DNA of 32,000 nucleotides from an archaeon (GTDB taxonomy: Archaea > Iainarchaeota > Iainarchaeia > Iainarchaeales > 1-14-0-10-31-34), in NCBI GenBank assembly GCA_024277355.1, contig JAJRVL010000004.1:450001-482000 (forward strand), given 5' to 3'. Of the stretch, positions 15,750 to 25,470 are shown piece after piece. Position 1 is the stretch's first letter; the number at the start of each line of letters is the position of its first letter. Under the pieces are notes generated by a model. The model made no database searches. It saw only the letters and a program-made list of their open reading frames with translations, and was not told the DNA's origin. The position numbers and the translations under genes are program-made.

Positions 15750-16559
15750 TCAGCAGATTCCACTGAAATCTGAAGGAAGTTTTCCTGAAAGCAAAGAAGG
15801 AATATCGTCAAAAACCCATAATTTAACGCATCCTAATAAAGGAATTCTTAAAATTGCTTTTCCGGTTATTTCTTTTTCAGGAATTGCATTTTTTGTAATG
15901 CAAGCTAAATAAACTGTTTCGCCGTAAATTGTTTTTTGTTCAATGCATTCCTGATCAATTGAAGGGTTTGCATCTCCTTTTGTAAGAAAAAATACTCCAT
16001 CAGAAGCATTAATTTTAGCTATTGTTCTATGAATTATTTCTTTTCCTGAAAAAGGAGAAAAATAAACTATTACATCTCCCTTTTTTGTTATTTGAATTTT
16101 TGTTTCTCCTATCTGAATTTCTTCCGGATTATTTAATTTAATTAAAGTTTGCCCTGTTTTTGAATCAAACTGTTTTGTTATTGGTTCAGGAAAAGTTTTG
16201 CCGTAATCTGAATAAATTTTTCCTTTAATTTCTTCATTAAAATTAATTTCTTCTGCTTTAATGTTTTTTTCTCCGTACAATACAATTATGTCTCCTCTGA
16301 ACATTTCAGGAACCATTGAAGAACTTGAAACAATAACCATTGGAGAATTAGTATTTAATATTAAACCAAAAAATGAATACAATAAAAAAGCAAAAATTAA
16401 AGCAGAAAAAACATAAACTGTGAAATCTATTGCTTCATCAGTTAAAGAAGGGTTTTCTTTTTTTGGATGATATTTTCTTAATAAAATTTCAAGATAAGTA
16501 AAAGGGTCAAGCCATTTAAGGAAAGACAATTTTTGTTTTATTTCATCTAATGCTTTCAT
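15750..16559 (-). CDS. Signal peptidase I, archaeal Sec11/S26B type
   Basis: TM anchor, Ser box SSSSMVPEMFRGD, His box EIIHRTI and GDANPSID box. It carries extra sequence between the Ser and His boxes. Confidence 0.75.
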   Translation of the reverse strand: MKALDEIKQKLSFLKWLDPFTYLEILLRKYHPKKENPSLTDEAIDFTVYVFSALIFAFLLYSFFGLILNTNSPMVIVSSSSMVPEMFRGDIIVLYGEKNIKAEEINFNEEIKGKIYSDYGKTFPEPITKQFDSKTGQTLIKLNNPEEIQIGETKIQITKKGDVIVYFSPFSGKEIIHRTIAKINASDGVFFLTKGDANPSIDQECIEQKTIYGETVYLACITKNAIPEKEITGKAILRIPLLGCVKLWVFDDIPSLLSGKLPSDFSGIC

Positions 16560-16574
16560 CCAAAAACCAAAAAA

Positions 16575-16850
16575 TTACTTAAATGCTTTTTTTACTGCAG
16601 AGGAAAAAGAATCTAATTCTTTGTCTATTTCTTTTAATGCATCAAGCAAAACTTTTTTTGGGTTTTCTTTTTTTGTTCTTAAAACAAAAATTGAATCAGC
16701 ATCCATTGGGTGATCTAATTTGTATGCAACAAATTCTGTTTCCTTGTTTTCTAATAAATTAGTTTTAAGTAAATTTGGAAGAGTATGTCTTTCTCCTTTA
16801 ATGATAAATTCTAAAAGGTTTTTTTCTTTTTTTAATATTTCTAATTCCAC
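16575..16850 (-). CDS. rpoL: DNA-directed RNA polymerase subunit L (Rpo11)
   Basis: 91 aa with the GERHTLPNLL motif. GTG start (complement of 16848-16850) with GAGGTG 7 nt upstream. Confidence 0.8.
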   Translation of the reverse strand: MELEILKKEKNLLEFIIKGERHTLPNLLKTNLLENKETEFVAYKLDHPMDADSIFVLRTKKENPKKVLLDALKEIDKELDSFSSAVKKAFK

Positions 16851-16859
16851 TTTAACACC

Positions 16860-17426
16860 TCATTTAATTTCATTAGATAATTTTCTTCTTTCAATTGAAC
16901 CGCAGTTACTGCATTTAAGGCTTTTATCAAACAAACCTAAAACATGCCTGCAGTTAGAACAATATGCTTTAATGACTCCGAATTCAGGATAAGATGTAGT
17001 TAAATCTACTCCGTATTTTGTTACATTAATTACTTTTGCTTTAATTACATCCCCTACTTTTAATTCATCCCTTAAACTTTTTACATGCATTCTTGAAACT
17101 TTTGAAATCATTAGTTTAGCTGAACCAAAAGTAGAAACAACTTTTTTTCCGTTTAATTCTGCTTTAATAATATTAATAATAGCAAAAGATTCTTTGATTA
17201 ATAAAACTCTTCCAGTAACAATTGCTCCAACTTCAATTAAATCATTCATTGAATTATTTTCTTTAATTGAAACTTCTCTTTCATTTGAATCAAATTCTTT
17301 TAATCCAACTTTAGTTGAATAAATATTTCCTTCATTATCTTCAAATGTATTTTTGCCTGAAGAAAATTCTTCTTCTATAGTCAAAAATTCTCCTGGTACA
17401 ACAATCTCTTTAGTCAATAAAATCAC
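16860..17426 (-). CDS. csl4: Exosome complex RNA-binding subunit Csl4
   Basis: N-terminal VVPGEFLTIEEEF, S1-like domain (GRVLLIKESFAIINI) and C-terminal zinc ribbon CSNCRHV..CSNCGS. The longest ORF reaches the ATG at 17471 but adds an implausible hydrophobic 15 aa. A GTG at 17424-17426 has a TTATTAATA box ~27 nt upstream. Start uncertain. Confidence 0.8.
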   Translation of the reverse strand: MILLTKEIVVPGEFLTIEEEFSSGKNTFEDNEGNIYSTKVGLKEFDSNEREVSIKENNSMNDLIEVGAIVTGRVLLIKESFAIINIIKAELNGKKVVSTFGSAKLMISKVSRMHVKSLRDELKVGDVIKAKVINVTKYGVDLTTSYPEFGVIKAYCSNCRHVLGLFDKSLKCSNCGSIERRKLSNEIK

Positions 17427-17489
17427 TTCAAATAATAAATTAGAGTTAATATTAATAAGGAAAGAAAACATATTTAAAACAGTGAGAAA

Positions 17490-18371
17490 ATGGTATTAGA
17501 GTCAATTATAAGCGGAAAACAGGCAAGAAAGCACCCTTTAGTTATGATGTTTCTTGCTGCATTGCTTGCAAGCATTGGAATATGGACAAGCTATTATACT
17601 TTTCCTTCAAGTGCAAGCATTTTAAGCATTGGATTTGTTACTATTGGAATAGTGCCTATTCTTTACACAATATTTATTTTAGAGGAAGCAGAAGAAGCCT
17701 CAAAAGGAGGGTTTTGGCCTTCATTTATTGCAAGACATTTTGATTTAATGAAAATTTATGCATGGTTTTTTATTGGATTAATTTTAGCTTATAGTTTATG
17801 GTATGTTGTTCTGCCTTCAGATATAAGAAACACTGTTTTTGAAGAACAAAATTCAGTTATTGATTCAATTGGAAACTTAAAAAACAATTTAACCGGAAAC
17901 ATAACCGGAAGTGATTTAGTTTGCGGAAAAAATACTTTTTGCTGGTTTGATGTAATTTTAAAGAATAATTTAAGAGTATTGTTTTTGGCTGTAATGCTTT
18001 CAATTGTTTATGGAGTAGGAGCAATGTTTTTGATTGCATGGAATGCATCAGTTATTGGAGCAGTAATAGGAAAAGATGCCTTAATAATGGTTGCAGAAAG
18101 TTATTCTTCTTTTGGACCTTTAGCTTATGTTTTTGCTTATGGGCATGGATTATTCAAAGCAATAGGTTTAATTCCTCACGGAATATTTGAAATTGGAGGC
18201 TATTTTGTTGGAGCAATAGCTGGAGCAATAATTTCAATTGTAGTAACAAAAGGACATTACAGAAAACATGAATTAAGCCAGATAGGAAAAGACACAATAG
18301 GATTAATTTTTTTAGCATTGCTTTTGCTGGTTATTGGAGCATTAATTGAAGCAATGTTAATAACAGGTTAA
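17490..18371 (+). CDS. SpoIIM-like (DUF95/COG1300) integral membrane protein
   Basis: NNLRVLFLAVMLSIVYGVGAMFLIAWNASVIGAVIG signature and multiple TM helices. Confidence 0.7.
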   Translation: MVLESIISGKQARKHPLVMMFLAALLASIGIWTSYYTFPSSASILSIGFVTIGIVPILYTIFILEEAEEASKGGFWPSFIARHFDLMKIYAWFFIGLILAYSLWYVVLPSDIRNTVFEEQNSVIDSIGNLKNNLTGNITGSDLVCGKNTFCWFDVILKNNLRVLFLAVMLSIVYGVGAMFLIAWNASVIGAVIGKDALIMVAESYSSFGPLAYVFAYGHGLFKAIGLIPHGIFEIGGYFVGAIAGAIISIVVTKGHYRKHELSQIGKDTIGLIFLALLLLVIGALIEAMLITG

Positions 18372-18376
18372 AAAAA

Positions 18377-18673
18377 TCACTTAGAAAACTTTTTTATTGC
18401 ACTAATAACCGAAGTCCATTGTTTTTTAAATTTAGCTAAATCAGCTTTTTTTGAAGCAATATCAGATGCCCTAAAATTATTTTTTTTAAGACCCTTTTCT
18501 ATTTGTTTTATGCTTGTGCTAAGTTTATTTTCTCTTACTCTTAACGCTAAAATTGCTGTTGAACACTTTGCTTTTTTTGAAAGAGCAGTTCGTTTTAATG
18601 TTAATGCTCTTCCTTTTTTTTTAACAAAACTTGAACTAAATAGTTTAATTGATTTACTTTTTGGCCCAGGCAT
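18377..18673 (-). CDS. Highly basic 98-aa hypothetical protein, co-transcribed with the SPFH gene
   Basis: ATG 12 nt after the SPFH stop, K-rich, no TM helix. The + ORF 18510..18719 is an antisense shadow. Confidence 0.5.
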   Translation of the reverse strand: MPGPKSKSIKLFSSSFVKKKGRALTLKRTALSKKAKCSTAILALRVRENKLSTSIKQIEKGLKKNNFRASDIASKKADLAKFKKQWTSVISAIKKFSK

Positions 18674-18685
18674 TAAAGATCATCT

Positions 18686-19657
18686 TTATTTTTTTTTCTT
18701 TTTCTTTGAATTCAAATAACCTTTAACCATTTCATCTGTTATTCCTAAAGAATTTAAATCTAATCCTTTGCTTTCACCTGAAACTTTTTTAGTTAAAGAT
18801 TCAGCAAACCTTGAAAGTTCCATTGGAAAAATAATTTTAGTGCTTTTTCCTTCAGCCATTTTTTCTAATGCATTAATATAATAATAAGCAATTGTTTTGT
18901 TACTTAAAGAATCAGAAGCAGATTTAATTGCTTCAATTTCAAATTTTTTTCCTTCTGCTTCCTCAAATTTAGCTAATTTTCTTTGTTCTGCTGCTTTTTG
19001 TTCATGCATTGCTTCTAATACATCAGGAGGAATCACAACATTAGTTATTTCCACTGCTTCAATTTTAACTCCCCATTGCAATGCAACTTCTTCTAATTTT
19101 CTTTTAACTTCAGCATTAAGCAAAGCAATATTTGAAATTACACTGGATAAATCCATTGAACCAACTACATCCCTTATAGTGGATCGAACGTAAAGTCTTG
19201 CAGCAGTCCTATAATCATCTATTTCTACAACAGAATTAATTACTGCGTTTTTTGTTTTATCAATAAACAAGTAAATTACTGCATCAATTGTAAGCTTTAT
19301 TTTATCTGTTGTAATTACTTCCTGAGGCGGAATATCAATTGTTTGTGTTCTTAAATCAACTAAAACATAAGATTGAATTAAAGGAACAACAAAAGTCCAC
19401 CCAGGACCTCCAACTCTTGTAACTCTTCCTAAAGTAAAAATTACTGCTCTTTCATATTCTTTTAAGGTAAGCAGGAAATCATATTGTTTAATAAAAAAAG
19501 CTAAAACAATAAAAGCAAAAACAACAGCACCCCATAAAGCAAATTCATCTGCATTAGTATAAGCAAGCCATATTAATGCAATTACAATAATAAAAACTAA
19601 AAGAAAGACAAACTGCTTTACTTTATAACTTTCAGTTTTGCCGAATTTTTTAACCAT
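18686..19657 (-). CDS. SPFH/Band-7 (stomatin/prohibitin-like) membrane protein
   Basis: N-terminal TM helices, YERAVIFTLGRV..GPGWTFVVPLIQ..VDLRTQTIDIPPQEVITTDK, a coiled-coil EA-rich region, and a C-terminal poly-K tail. Confidence 0.9.
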   Translation of the reverse strand: MVKKFGKTESYKVKQFVFLLVFIIVIALIWLAYTNADEFALWGAVVFAFIVLAFFIKQYDFLLTLKEYERAVIFTLGRVTRVGGPGWTFVVPLIQSYVLVDLRTQTIDIPPQEVITTDKIKLTIDAVIYLFIDKTKNAVINSVVEIDDYRTAARLYVRSTIRDVVGSMDLSSVISNIALLNAEVKRKLEEVALQWGVKIEAVEITNVVIPPDVLEAMHEQKAAEQRKLAKFEEAEGKKFEIEAIKSASDSLSNKTIAYYYINALEKMAEGKSTKIIFPMELSRFAESLTKKVSGESKGLDLNSLGITDEMVKGYLNSKKKKKK

Positions 19658-19757
19658 GTAATAAACCTTAAATTGTTTATTATATATAAATGTTATAAAG
19701 ACATATATTAAGGTTAAGCATAGATTTAAATAAAATTAAAGAGAAATTAAAGATATC

Positions 19758-20978
19758 ATGAAAAAAGAAAAAAACGTAATGGTTGTTTGTGTAGACCGAG
19801 ACAATGATTTAGGCAGAAAAGCAAATGTTTCAGGACCAATCATTGGAAGAAAAAACAATTTAAATGCTGCAGCAAGATTAGGCGTAGCTGACCCAGGAGA
19901 AAGCGACGTAAACTGCATTTTTGGAGCAGTAAGAAAATTTGATGAAGTAAAAAAATTTTATTATAATGTAGAAATTGTTACTTTAACCGGAGTAGGAAAA
20001 CAAGACTTTGAATCAGACAAAGAAATAAATGAACAATTAGATAAAGTTTTAGTTGACTTTCAGGCAGACGCATTTGTTTTAGTTACTGACGGAGCAGAAG
20101 ACGATCAAGTTATTCCAATTCTGCAGTCAAGAGCTCCATTAATGTCAAAAGAAACAATAATAGTAAAACAAGCATCAGAAGTTGAAAGCACTTATTATAC
20201 AATCAAAGAAGCATTAAAAGATCCTTATTTGGCCAGAATTGTTTTTGGAGTTCCAGGAATACTTTTAATTTTATATTATTTATTTGGAGAATTAAGTTTC
20301 CAGTTTATTTCATTAATTTTAGGTGTTTATTTATTATTAAAAGGATTTGGAATAGAAGAAAAAGTTCTTTCAACTGTAAAAGATTTCTTTCAGAATATTT
20401 CTATTTCAAGATCAAGCTTTATTTTTTATGTCGGAAGCTTGTTTATTTTTGGTTTTGGATTATACCAGTCATTTAATGCATTTAATGAAAGCATTGAAAC
20501 AGATTTATTCATTAAAACTGCTACTGCCTTACAGGAAACATATTTTATTTTGCTGTTTTTGATGCCTTTGTCTTTTATTATAGGTAAAAGTATTGATTCA
20601 ATTCACTTCAAAAAAGCATTTTATTTAAGAAAATATTTTATGTATGCAATTTCAACTTTTCTTTTATGGTTTATTTTGGATTCAGGAACATTAGTTTTAA
20701 CAGGACAAGGAGATTTAGTTTGGTTTATTTTAAGCATGATTTCAAGTTTTGTTATTTTAGTAGTTTCATATAATTTAAGTTCAGTTTTAGATGTAAGAAA
20801 AAAAGTTAATTCTCTTCTCGTAGGACTGCCTGTTTATTCTAAAGGAAAAATAATCGGCAAAGTAGAAAAAATAAATAAAAAAGAAAAAAGCATTTTATTT
20901 AAAGGAAAAACAAAAGAATTAACTAAAATCACAAAAACAAAATTCAAAATACAGCAAGGGAAAATAATAATTTCTTAA
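19758..20978 (+). CDS. DUF373-family archaeal membrane protein
   Basis: N-terminal soluble domain VVCVDRDNDLGRKA..ADPGESDVNCIFGAV followed by about 6 TM helices, as I recall for DUF373. Confidence 0.7.
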   Translation: MKKEKNVMVVCVDRDNDLGRKANVSGPIIGRKNNLNAAARLGVADPGESDVNCIFGAVRKFDEVKKFYYNVEIVTLTGVGKQDFESDKEINEQLDKVLVDFQADAFVLVTDGAEDDQVIPILQSRAPLMSKETIIVKQASEVESTYYTIKEALKDPYLARIVFGVPGILLILYYLFGELSFQFISLILGVYLLLKGFGIEEKVLSTVKDFFQNISISRSSFIFYVGSLFIFGFGLYQSFNAFNESIETDLFIKTATALQETYFILLFLMPLSFIIGKSIDSIHFKKAFYLRKYFMYAISTFLLWFILDSGTLVLTGQGDLVWFILSMISSFVILVVSYNLSSVLDVRKKVNSLLVGLPVYSKGKIIGKVEKINKKEKSILFKGKTKELTKITKTKFKIQQGKIIIS

Positions 20979-20993
20979 ATTATCTTAAAAAAA

Positions 20994-22916
20994 TTATTTT
21001 TGTAATTGTTTTCCTGAAAGTTTTCTTAACACACTAGGTAATTCTAAATTAATTATTTTTTCTAAGTCTTTTAGTAGTTTGTTTTTTCCTTTTGATTCAA
21101 AAGCATTATTTAATACATCACTTAAAGTTGAAACAGGAATAACTTTTATTTTCTGTTTTTCTTTTTCAGTTAAAATAATGTCAGGCATATTGCTTTTTGG
21201 AACAATCACTGTTTTTAATCCTGCAGTAATTGCAGCAGAAATCTTTGATGTAACCCCTCCAATTGGAAGAACTTCTCCTCTTACACTTAAAGAACCAGTC
21301 ATAGCTAAAGACTGTTTAACTGGAATTTTTTCTAAAGCAGAAATTACTGCAGTAGCAACAGAAACAGAAGCTGAATCTCCTTCAACTCCAGAATAAGTCT
21401 GCAAAAATTGTATATGAACATCATATTTTGAAATATCTTTTCCGCTTATTCTTTTAATTATTGCAGAAACATTTTGCACAGCTTCTTTTGCTATTTCTCC
21501 TAGTTTTCCTGTAGCAATAATTTTTCCTTCAGATTTACTTTGAGCAGGAGCAATTTCTGCATTAATAGGCAAAACCATGCCTGCATCTCCGTCTCCTGAA
21601 ACAGCTAAACCATTAACTCTTCCAATAGCTAAACCTTCATTTAAGAAAACATCATAGCCTTTTCTGTCTTCAAGCATTTGAGTAACCATCTGCTGTTCTA
21701 ATGTTTTTGAATTCATTTTTGCTTCTATTACATCCTGTTCTTCAACTAAATTATGTCCTTTTTCTTTTGCAATGTCTCCTGCTGCTCTAATTAAACCGCC
21801 TAAATCCCTTAACTTTAAAGTTAAATTATTTTTTCTTCCGGCTCTTCTTTTTGCCTGAAAAATAATTAATTCAACTGCTTTCTTTGAAAAATGAGGAATT
21901 TTTCCGTCTTTTTTTATTTCTTGGGCAATAAACTGAATAATTTTATTTCTGTTTTCTGCTGTATCAGGCATATCTAAATTCATATATAATTCATAACCAT
22001 AACCTCTGATTCGAGACCTTAAAGCAGGATGAACTTTTTCTAAATCTTCATAATTTCCTGCTGCAACCAAAACAAAATCACATGGAATTTGTTCGGTTCT
22101 AGTCATAGCACCAGAACTTAATTCACTTTGACCAGTAATAGAATATTTTTTTTCCTGCATTGCAGTTAATAATTCCTGCTGAGATTTCTGGCTTAAAGTT
22201 GCAATTTCATCAACAAACAACACTCCTCCATTAGTTCTATGAATAAACCCTGGCTCAATTCTTAAATGAGGAGGAGTACCTAAACCGCCTGACTGCAAAG
22301 GATCATGTCTTACATCTCCAAGTAAAGATCCTGCTCTTGCTCCAGTTGCTTCAATAAAAGGAGCAATTTTTTTTCCGGAATTATCAATTAAAAGTTTAGG
22401 AACATCATTTTCTGATTTCATTTTCATTTGTGAACCTAACGCAAAACCAATTAAAATAAATCCTCCTAAAATTATTAAAGCTGCAAAAGTAATTTCTCCA
22501 ATAAAACCAAAATTAAATAAAATTGAAGCTAAAATAAACCAGCCTAAAGGCAAAATAAAACTTAACATTCTTGAACCATTATCTTTCTGCATATGATTCA
22601 ATGTTGCTTGTTCAACAATCTTTTTTCCTTCCCCTGCCCTTACAGTCCTTACTTTAGGATTATTTGGATCAGCTTTATTTGGATAAACTAAAATATCACT
22701 TAATTTTTCTAACGGAAGAATTTCAGCCATTGCCTGAGCTAACATTGATTTTCCTGTTCCGGGAACTCCAACTAATAAAACATTTCTTTTCTGAGAAGCA
22801 GCTTTTTTTAGTATTTCAACTGATTTTTCCTGTCCAATAACCTGTTCAATTAATTTTTTTGGCACTTTAATTTCTGCAGTAGAATTAAACTTTAAATCTT
22901 TTATTTCTTTTACCAT
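20994..22916 (-). CDS. lonB: Archaeal membrane-bound ATP-dependent Lon protease (LonB)
   Basis: Walker [10 protein letters not shown], a TM hairpin inserted in the AAA+ module ([33 protein letters not shown]), Walker B LFVDEI, protease Ser GDSASVSVA and Lys in GGVTSK. Confidence 0.92.
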   Translation of the reverse strand: MVKEIKDLKFNSTAEIKVPKKLIEQVIGQEKSVEILKKAASQKRNVLLVGVPGTGKSMLAQAMAEILPLEKLSDILVYPNKADPNNPKVRTVRAGEGKKIVEQATLNHMQKDNGSRMLSFILPLGWFILASILFNFGFIGEITFAALIILGGFILIGFALGSQMKMKSENDVPKLLIDNSGKKIAPFIEATGARAGSLLGDVRHDPLQSGGLGTPPHLRIEPGFIHRTNGGVLFVDEIATLSQKSQQELLTAMQEKKYSITGQSELSSGAMTRTEQIPCDFVLVAAGNYEDLEKVHPALRSRIRGYGYELYMNLDMPDTAENRNKIIQFIAQEIKKDGKIPHFSKKAVELIIFQAKRRAGRKNNLTLKLRDLGGLIRAAGDIAKEKGHNLVEEQDVIEAKMNSKTLEQQMVTQMLEDRKGYDVFLNEGLAIGRVNGLAVSGDGDAGMVLPINAEIAPAQSKSEGKIIATGKLGEIAKEAVQNVSAIIKRISGKDISKYDVHIQFLQTYSGVEGDSASVSVATAVISALEKIPVKQSLAMTGSLSVRGEVLPIGGVTSKISAAITAGLKTVIVPKSNMPDIILTEKEKQKIKVIPVSTLSDVLNNAFESKGKNKLLKDLEKIINLELPSVLRKLSGKQLQK

Positions 22917-22919
22917 AAA

Positions 22920-23012
22920 AAAAACTCTCTCTAATTAAATAAACACAGCAACAATTAAAATAATACTGAATTTTATTGTAAAAAAACTTACTTTAAAAAA
23001 CTCTCTCTAATA
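22920..23012. repeat. 17-nt direct repeat AAAAAACTCTCTCTAAT (two copies) in the lonB/rnz divergent intergenic region
   Basis: The copies at 22920-22936 and 22996-23012 are identical. Each is followed within a few nt by TAAATA(A)ACA. Copy 1 abuts the lonB ATG. Confidence 0.5.
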
Positions 23013-23062
23013 AAAGTAAATACATCAAGAATAAAATAACAATGAATTTTAAGGGATTTATA

Positions 23063-23965
23063 ATGAAATTAACTGTTTTAGGAACAAGTGCTTCAACTCC
23101 ATCAAAAGAAAGAAGTTTAAGTTCAATTGTATTAAACTTTAAAGGATTAAATTATTTATTTGACTGTCCTGAAGGAACTCAAAGACAGATGATGAAAGCA
23201 AAAATTTCTTATATGAAAATTCAGTCAATATTTTTATCTCATTTTCACGGAGACCATATTTTAGGTTTGCCTGGATTAATTGCAACAATGTCAATGCATC
23301 AAAGAGATTACCCTTTATTTATTTTTGGTCCAAAAGGAGTCAAAGAAAAAATACATAAAGCATTAGATTTAAGTTTACTTAAAGTGAATTTTGAAATAAA
23401 AGCAATTGAAGTAAAACAAGGAAAAATACTTGAAGAAGAAAATTTTTCTATTGAAGCATTTAAGTTAAACCATGATGTTCCGTGTTATGGTTACATATTC
23501 AAAGAAAAAGATACTTTAGGAAAATTCAGCCGAGAAAAAGCATTAAAATTAGAAATTCCTGAAGGCCCTTTATGGAGTCAACTACATAAAGGAAAAAAAA
23601 TTAAAGTAGGAAAAAAAACTTTTAAACCTGAAGATGTGTTAGACACCAGCAAGAAAAAAACAGGAAAAAAGATTTCTTTTGTTTTTGACACTTTAGCCGA
23701 TAATTCTTACTCACAAAAAATAAAAGAATCAGATTTATTGTTTCATGAAAGCACTTTTTTAGAAAAATTAAAGGACAGAGCAAAAGAAACAAAACATTCA
23801 ACAGCAAAACAAGCAGGAAAAATTGCAGAAAAAAGCAAAGTAAAAAAATTAATTTTATTTCATTTCAGTCCAAGGCACAAAGAAACAGAAAAATTTGATA
23901 TTGAAGCAAGAGAATTTTTTGGAAATGTTATTGCATCAAAAGATTTAGAAGAAATTGAAATCTGA
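23063..23965 (+). CDS. rnz: Ribonuclease Z (tRNA 3' endonuclease)
   Basis: MKLTVLGTSASTPS N-terminus and HxHxDH motif (SHFHGDHILGLPGL), MBL fold, ~300 aa. An upstream ATG at 23042 is possible but less family-like. Confidence 0.9.
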   Translation: MKLTVLGTSASTPSKERSLSSIVLNFKGLNYLFDCPEGTQRQMMKAKISYMKIQSIFLSHFHGDHILGLPGLIATMSMHQRDYPLFIFGPKGVKEKIHKALDLSLLKVNFEIKAIEVKQGKILEEENFSIEAFKLNHDVPCYGYIFKEKDTLGKFSREKALKLEIPEGPLWSQLHKGKKIKVGKKTFKPEDVLDTSKKKTGKKISFVFDTLADNSYSQKIKESDLLFHESTFLEKLKDRAKETKHSTAKQAGKIAEKSKVKKLILFHFSPRHKETEKFDIEAREFFGNVIASKDLEEIEI

Positions 23966-23970
23966 TTTAA

Positions 23971-25416
23971 ATGGAAAAAGAATTTTTTGATTCAGTAATA
24001 ATAGGAAGAGGTTTAGCAGGATTAAGTTCTGCAATTGAATCAAAAGAAAACAAAAATACAGCTTTGTTTTTTCTTGAAAAAGAAAAAGAACCAAAAGCAA
24101 ACAGTTTTAATGCTCAAGGCGGAATTGCAGCAGCAATAAATTCAAACGACTCTGTAGAAAAACATTTTAATGATACAATTAAAGCTGGAGCAGGATTATG
24201 CAATCAAAAAATCGTTAAAATTTTAGTTGAAAAAGGAAAAGAAAAAATTTTGGAATTAATTGATTTAGGATTTGAATTTGACAAAGAAAACGGAGTAAGT
24301 TTTGGTTTGGAAGCAGGCCATTCAGAAAAAAGAATTCTGCATTCAAAAGGAGACAACATAGGAAGAGAATTAACTTCATTTTATTTAAAATTAGCAAAAG
24401 AAAAAAACATTCATTTTTTTCCTGAAAAAAAATTAAATGAATTAATTATACAGAAGGACTCAGGAAAAGCAGTTGTATTTGATGATTTATTAGTTGAATT
24501 TAATTCTTTAATTTTTGCTTCAGGCGGATATTCTTCTTTGTATTCAAAGAACACTAATAAAGGAAAAACTAAAGGAGAAGTTAATTCAATTGCATTAAAA
24601 GCAGGAATAGAATTAATGGATTTAGAATTTGAACAATTTCATCCAACTACAATTAAAGAAACTAATTTTTTATTAAGTGAAACTCTAAGAGGAGAAGGAG
24701 CTTTTTTAGTTAATGATTTAAATGAAAAGTTTATGGAAAAAATTTCAGGAAAAGATTTAGCTACAAGAGATGTAGTTTCAGTTAAAGTAACAGAAGAAAT
24801 AGAAAAAAAAAGAAAAGTTTTTTTGGATTGTACTAAAATCAAAAATTTTGAGGAAAGATTTCCTTCAATTTACTTAAAATTAAAAGAAATGAAATTAAAC
24901 CCTGAATTAATTGAAATAGAGCCTGCAGCACATTATTCTATTGGCGGAATAAAAATTGATTTGAATTCAAGAACTAATTTAAAGAATGTTTTTGCTGCAG
25001 GAGAATGTTCTTGTTCAGGAGTCCACGGAGCAAACCGTTTAGCAAGCAATTCTTTATTAGAAGCAGTTGTTTTTGGTTCAATTGCCGGAAAAAATGCAAT
25101 GCAGACAAAAAAAAATGAAAAAATTAAAACAGAAAAAATAAATGAATTAATTAAAACAAAAAATTCATTTAATTCAAATTTTGATTTTCCATTGCTTCAA
25201 AAGTTAATGTGGAATTACTGCGGAATAAAAAGAAATGAAAATGAATTACAAAAAGGTTTAACTAAAATAAAAAAAATGGAAAAAAACAATTATACTTTTT
25301 TAGCTGAAAAAATCATTGAATCTGCTTTAAACCGAAAAGAAACAAGAGGAACTCATTTCAGAACAGATTTTAGTGAAATAAAAGAAAAAGCAGAACACAC
25401 AGTTATAAGAAAATAA
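23971..25416 (+). CDS. nadB: L-aspartate oxidase (NadB) / fumarate-reductase-type flavoprotein
   Basis: FAD motif IIGRGLAGLSSA, NAQGGIAAA, FHPT, RGEGAFLVN, HYSIGGI and GANRLASNSLLE. The short (481 aa) archaeal-size form fits NadB. Confidence 0.85.
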   Translation: MEKEFFDSVIIGRGLAGLSSAIESKENKNTALFFLEKEKEPKANSFNAQGGIAAAINSNDSVEKHFNDTIKAGAGLCNQKIVKILVEKGKEKILELIDLGFEFDKENGVSFGLEAGHSEKRILHSKGDNIGRELTSFYLKLAKEKNIHFFPEKKLNELIIQKDSGKAVVFDDLLVEFNSLIFASGGYSSLYSKNTNKGKTKGEVNSIALKAGIELMDLEFEQFHPTTIKETNFLLSETLRGEGAFLVNDLNEKFMEKISGKDLATRDVVSVKVTEEIEKKRKVFLDCTKIKNFEERFPSIYLKLKEMKLNPELIEIEPAAHYSIGGIKIDLNSRTNLKNVFAAGECSCSGVHGANRLASNSLLEAVVFGSIAGKNAMQTKKNEKIKTEKINELIKTKNSFNSNFDFPLLQKLMWNYCGIKRNENELQKGLTKIKKMEKNNYTFLAEKIIESALNRKETRGTHFRTDFSEIKEKAEHTVIRK

Positions 25417-25470
25417 AAGAAAATTAAAATAAAAAAATAAGAAAAAAAACCAACAATTAAAAAAAAAGAA

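Noticed and set aside
19170-19200. GGATCGAACG and a few other locally GC-richer patches (for example 8551-8575, gggtcagagtagactgcctg) were inspected as possible tRNA or ncRNA fragments. I also looked window-wide for CRISPR repeats, rRNA and transposase or integrase genes.
   Set aside because: The patches lack cloverleaf-compatible complementary arms and lie inside a coding frame or a short promoter spacer. No regularly spaced repeats, rRNA-like stretches or mobile-element genes were seen by eye. A tRNAscan/Infernal run would be the decisive check.
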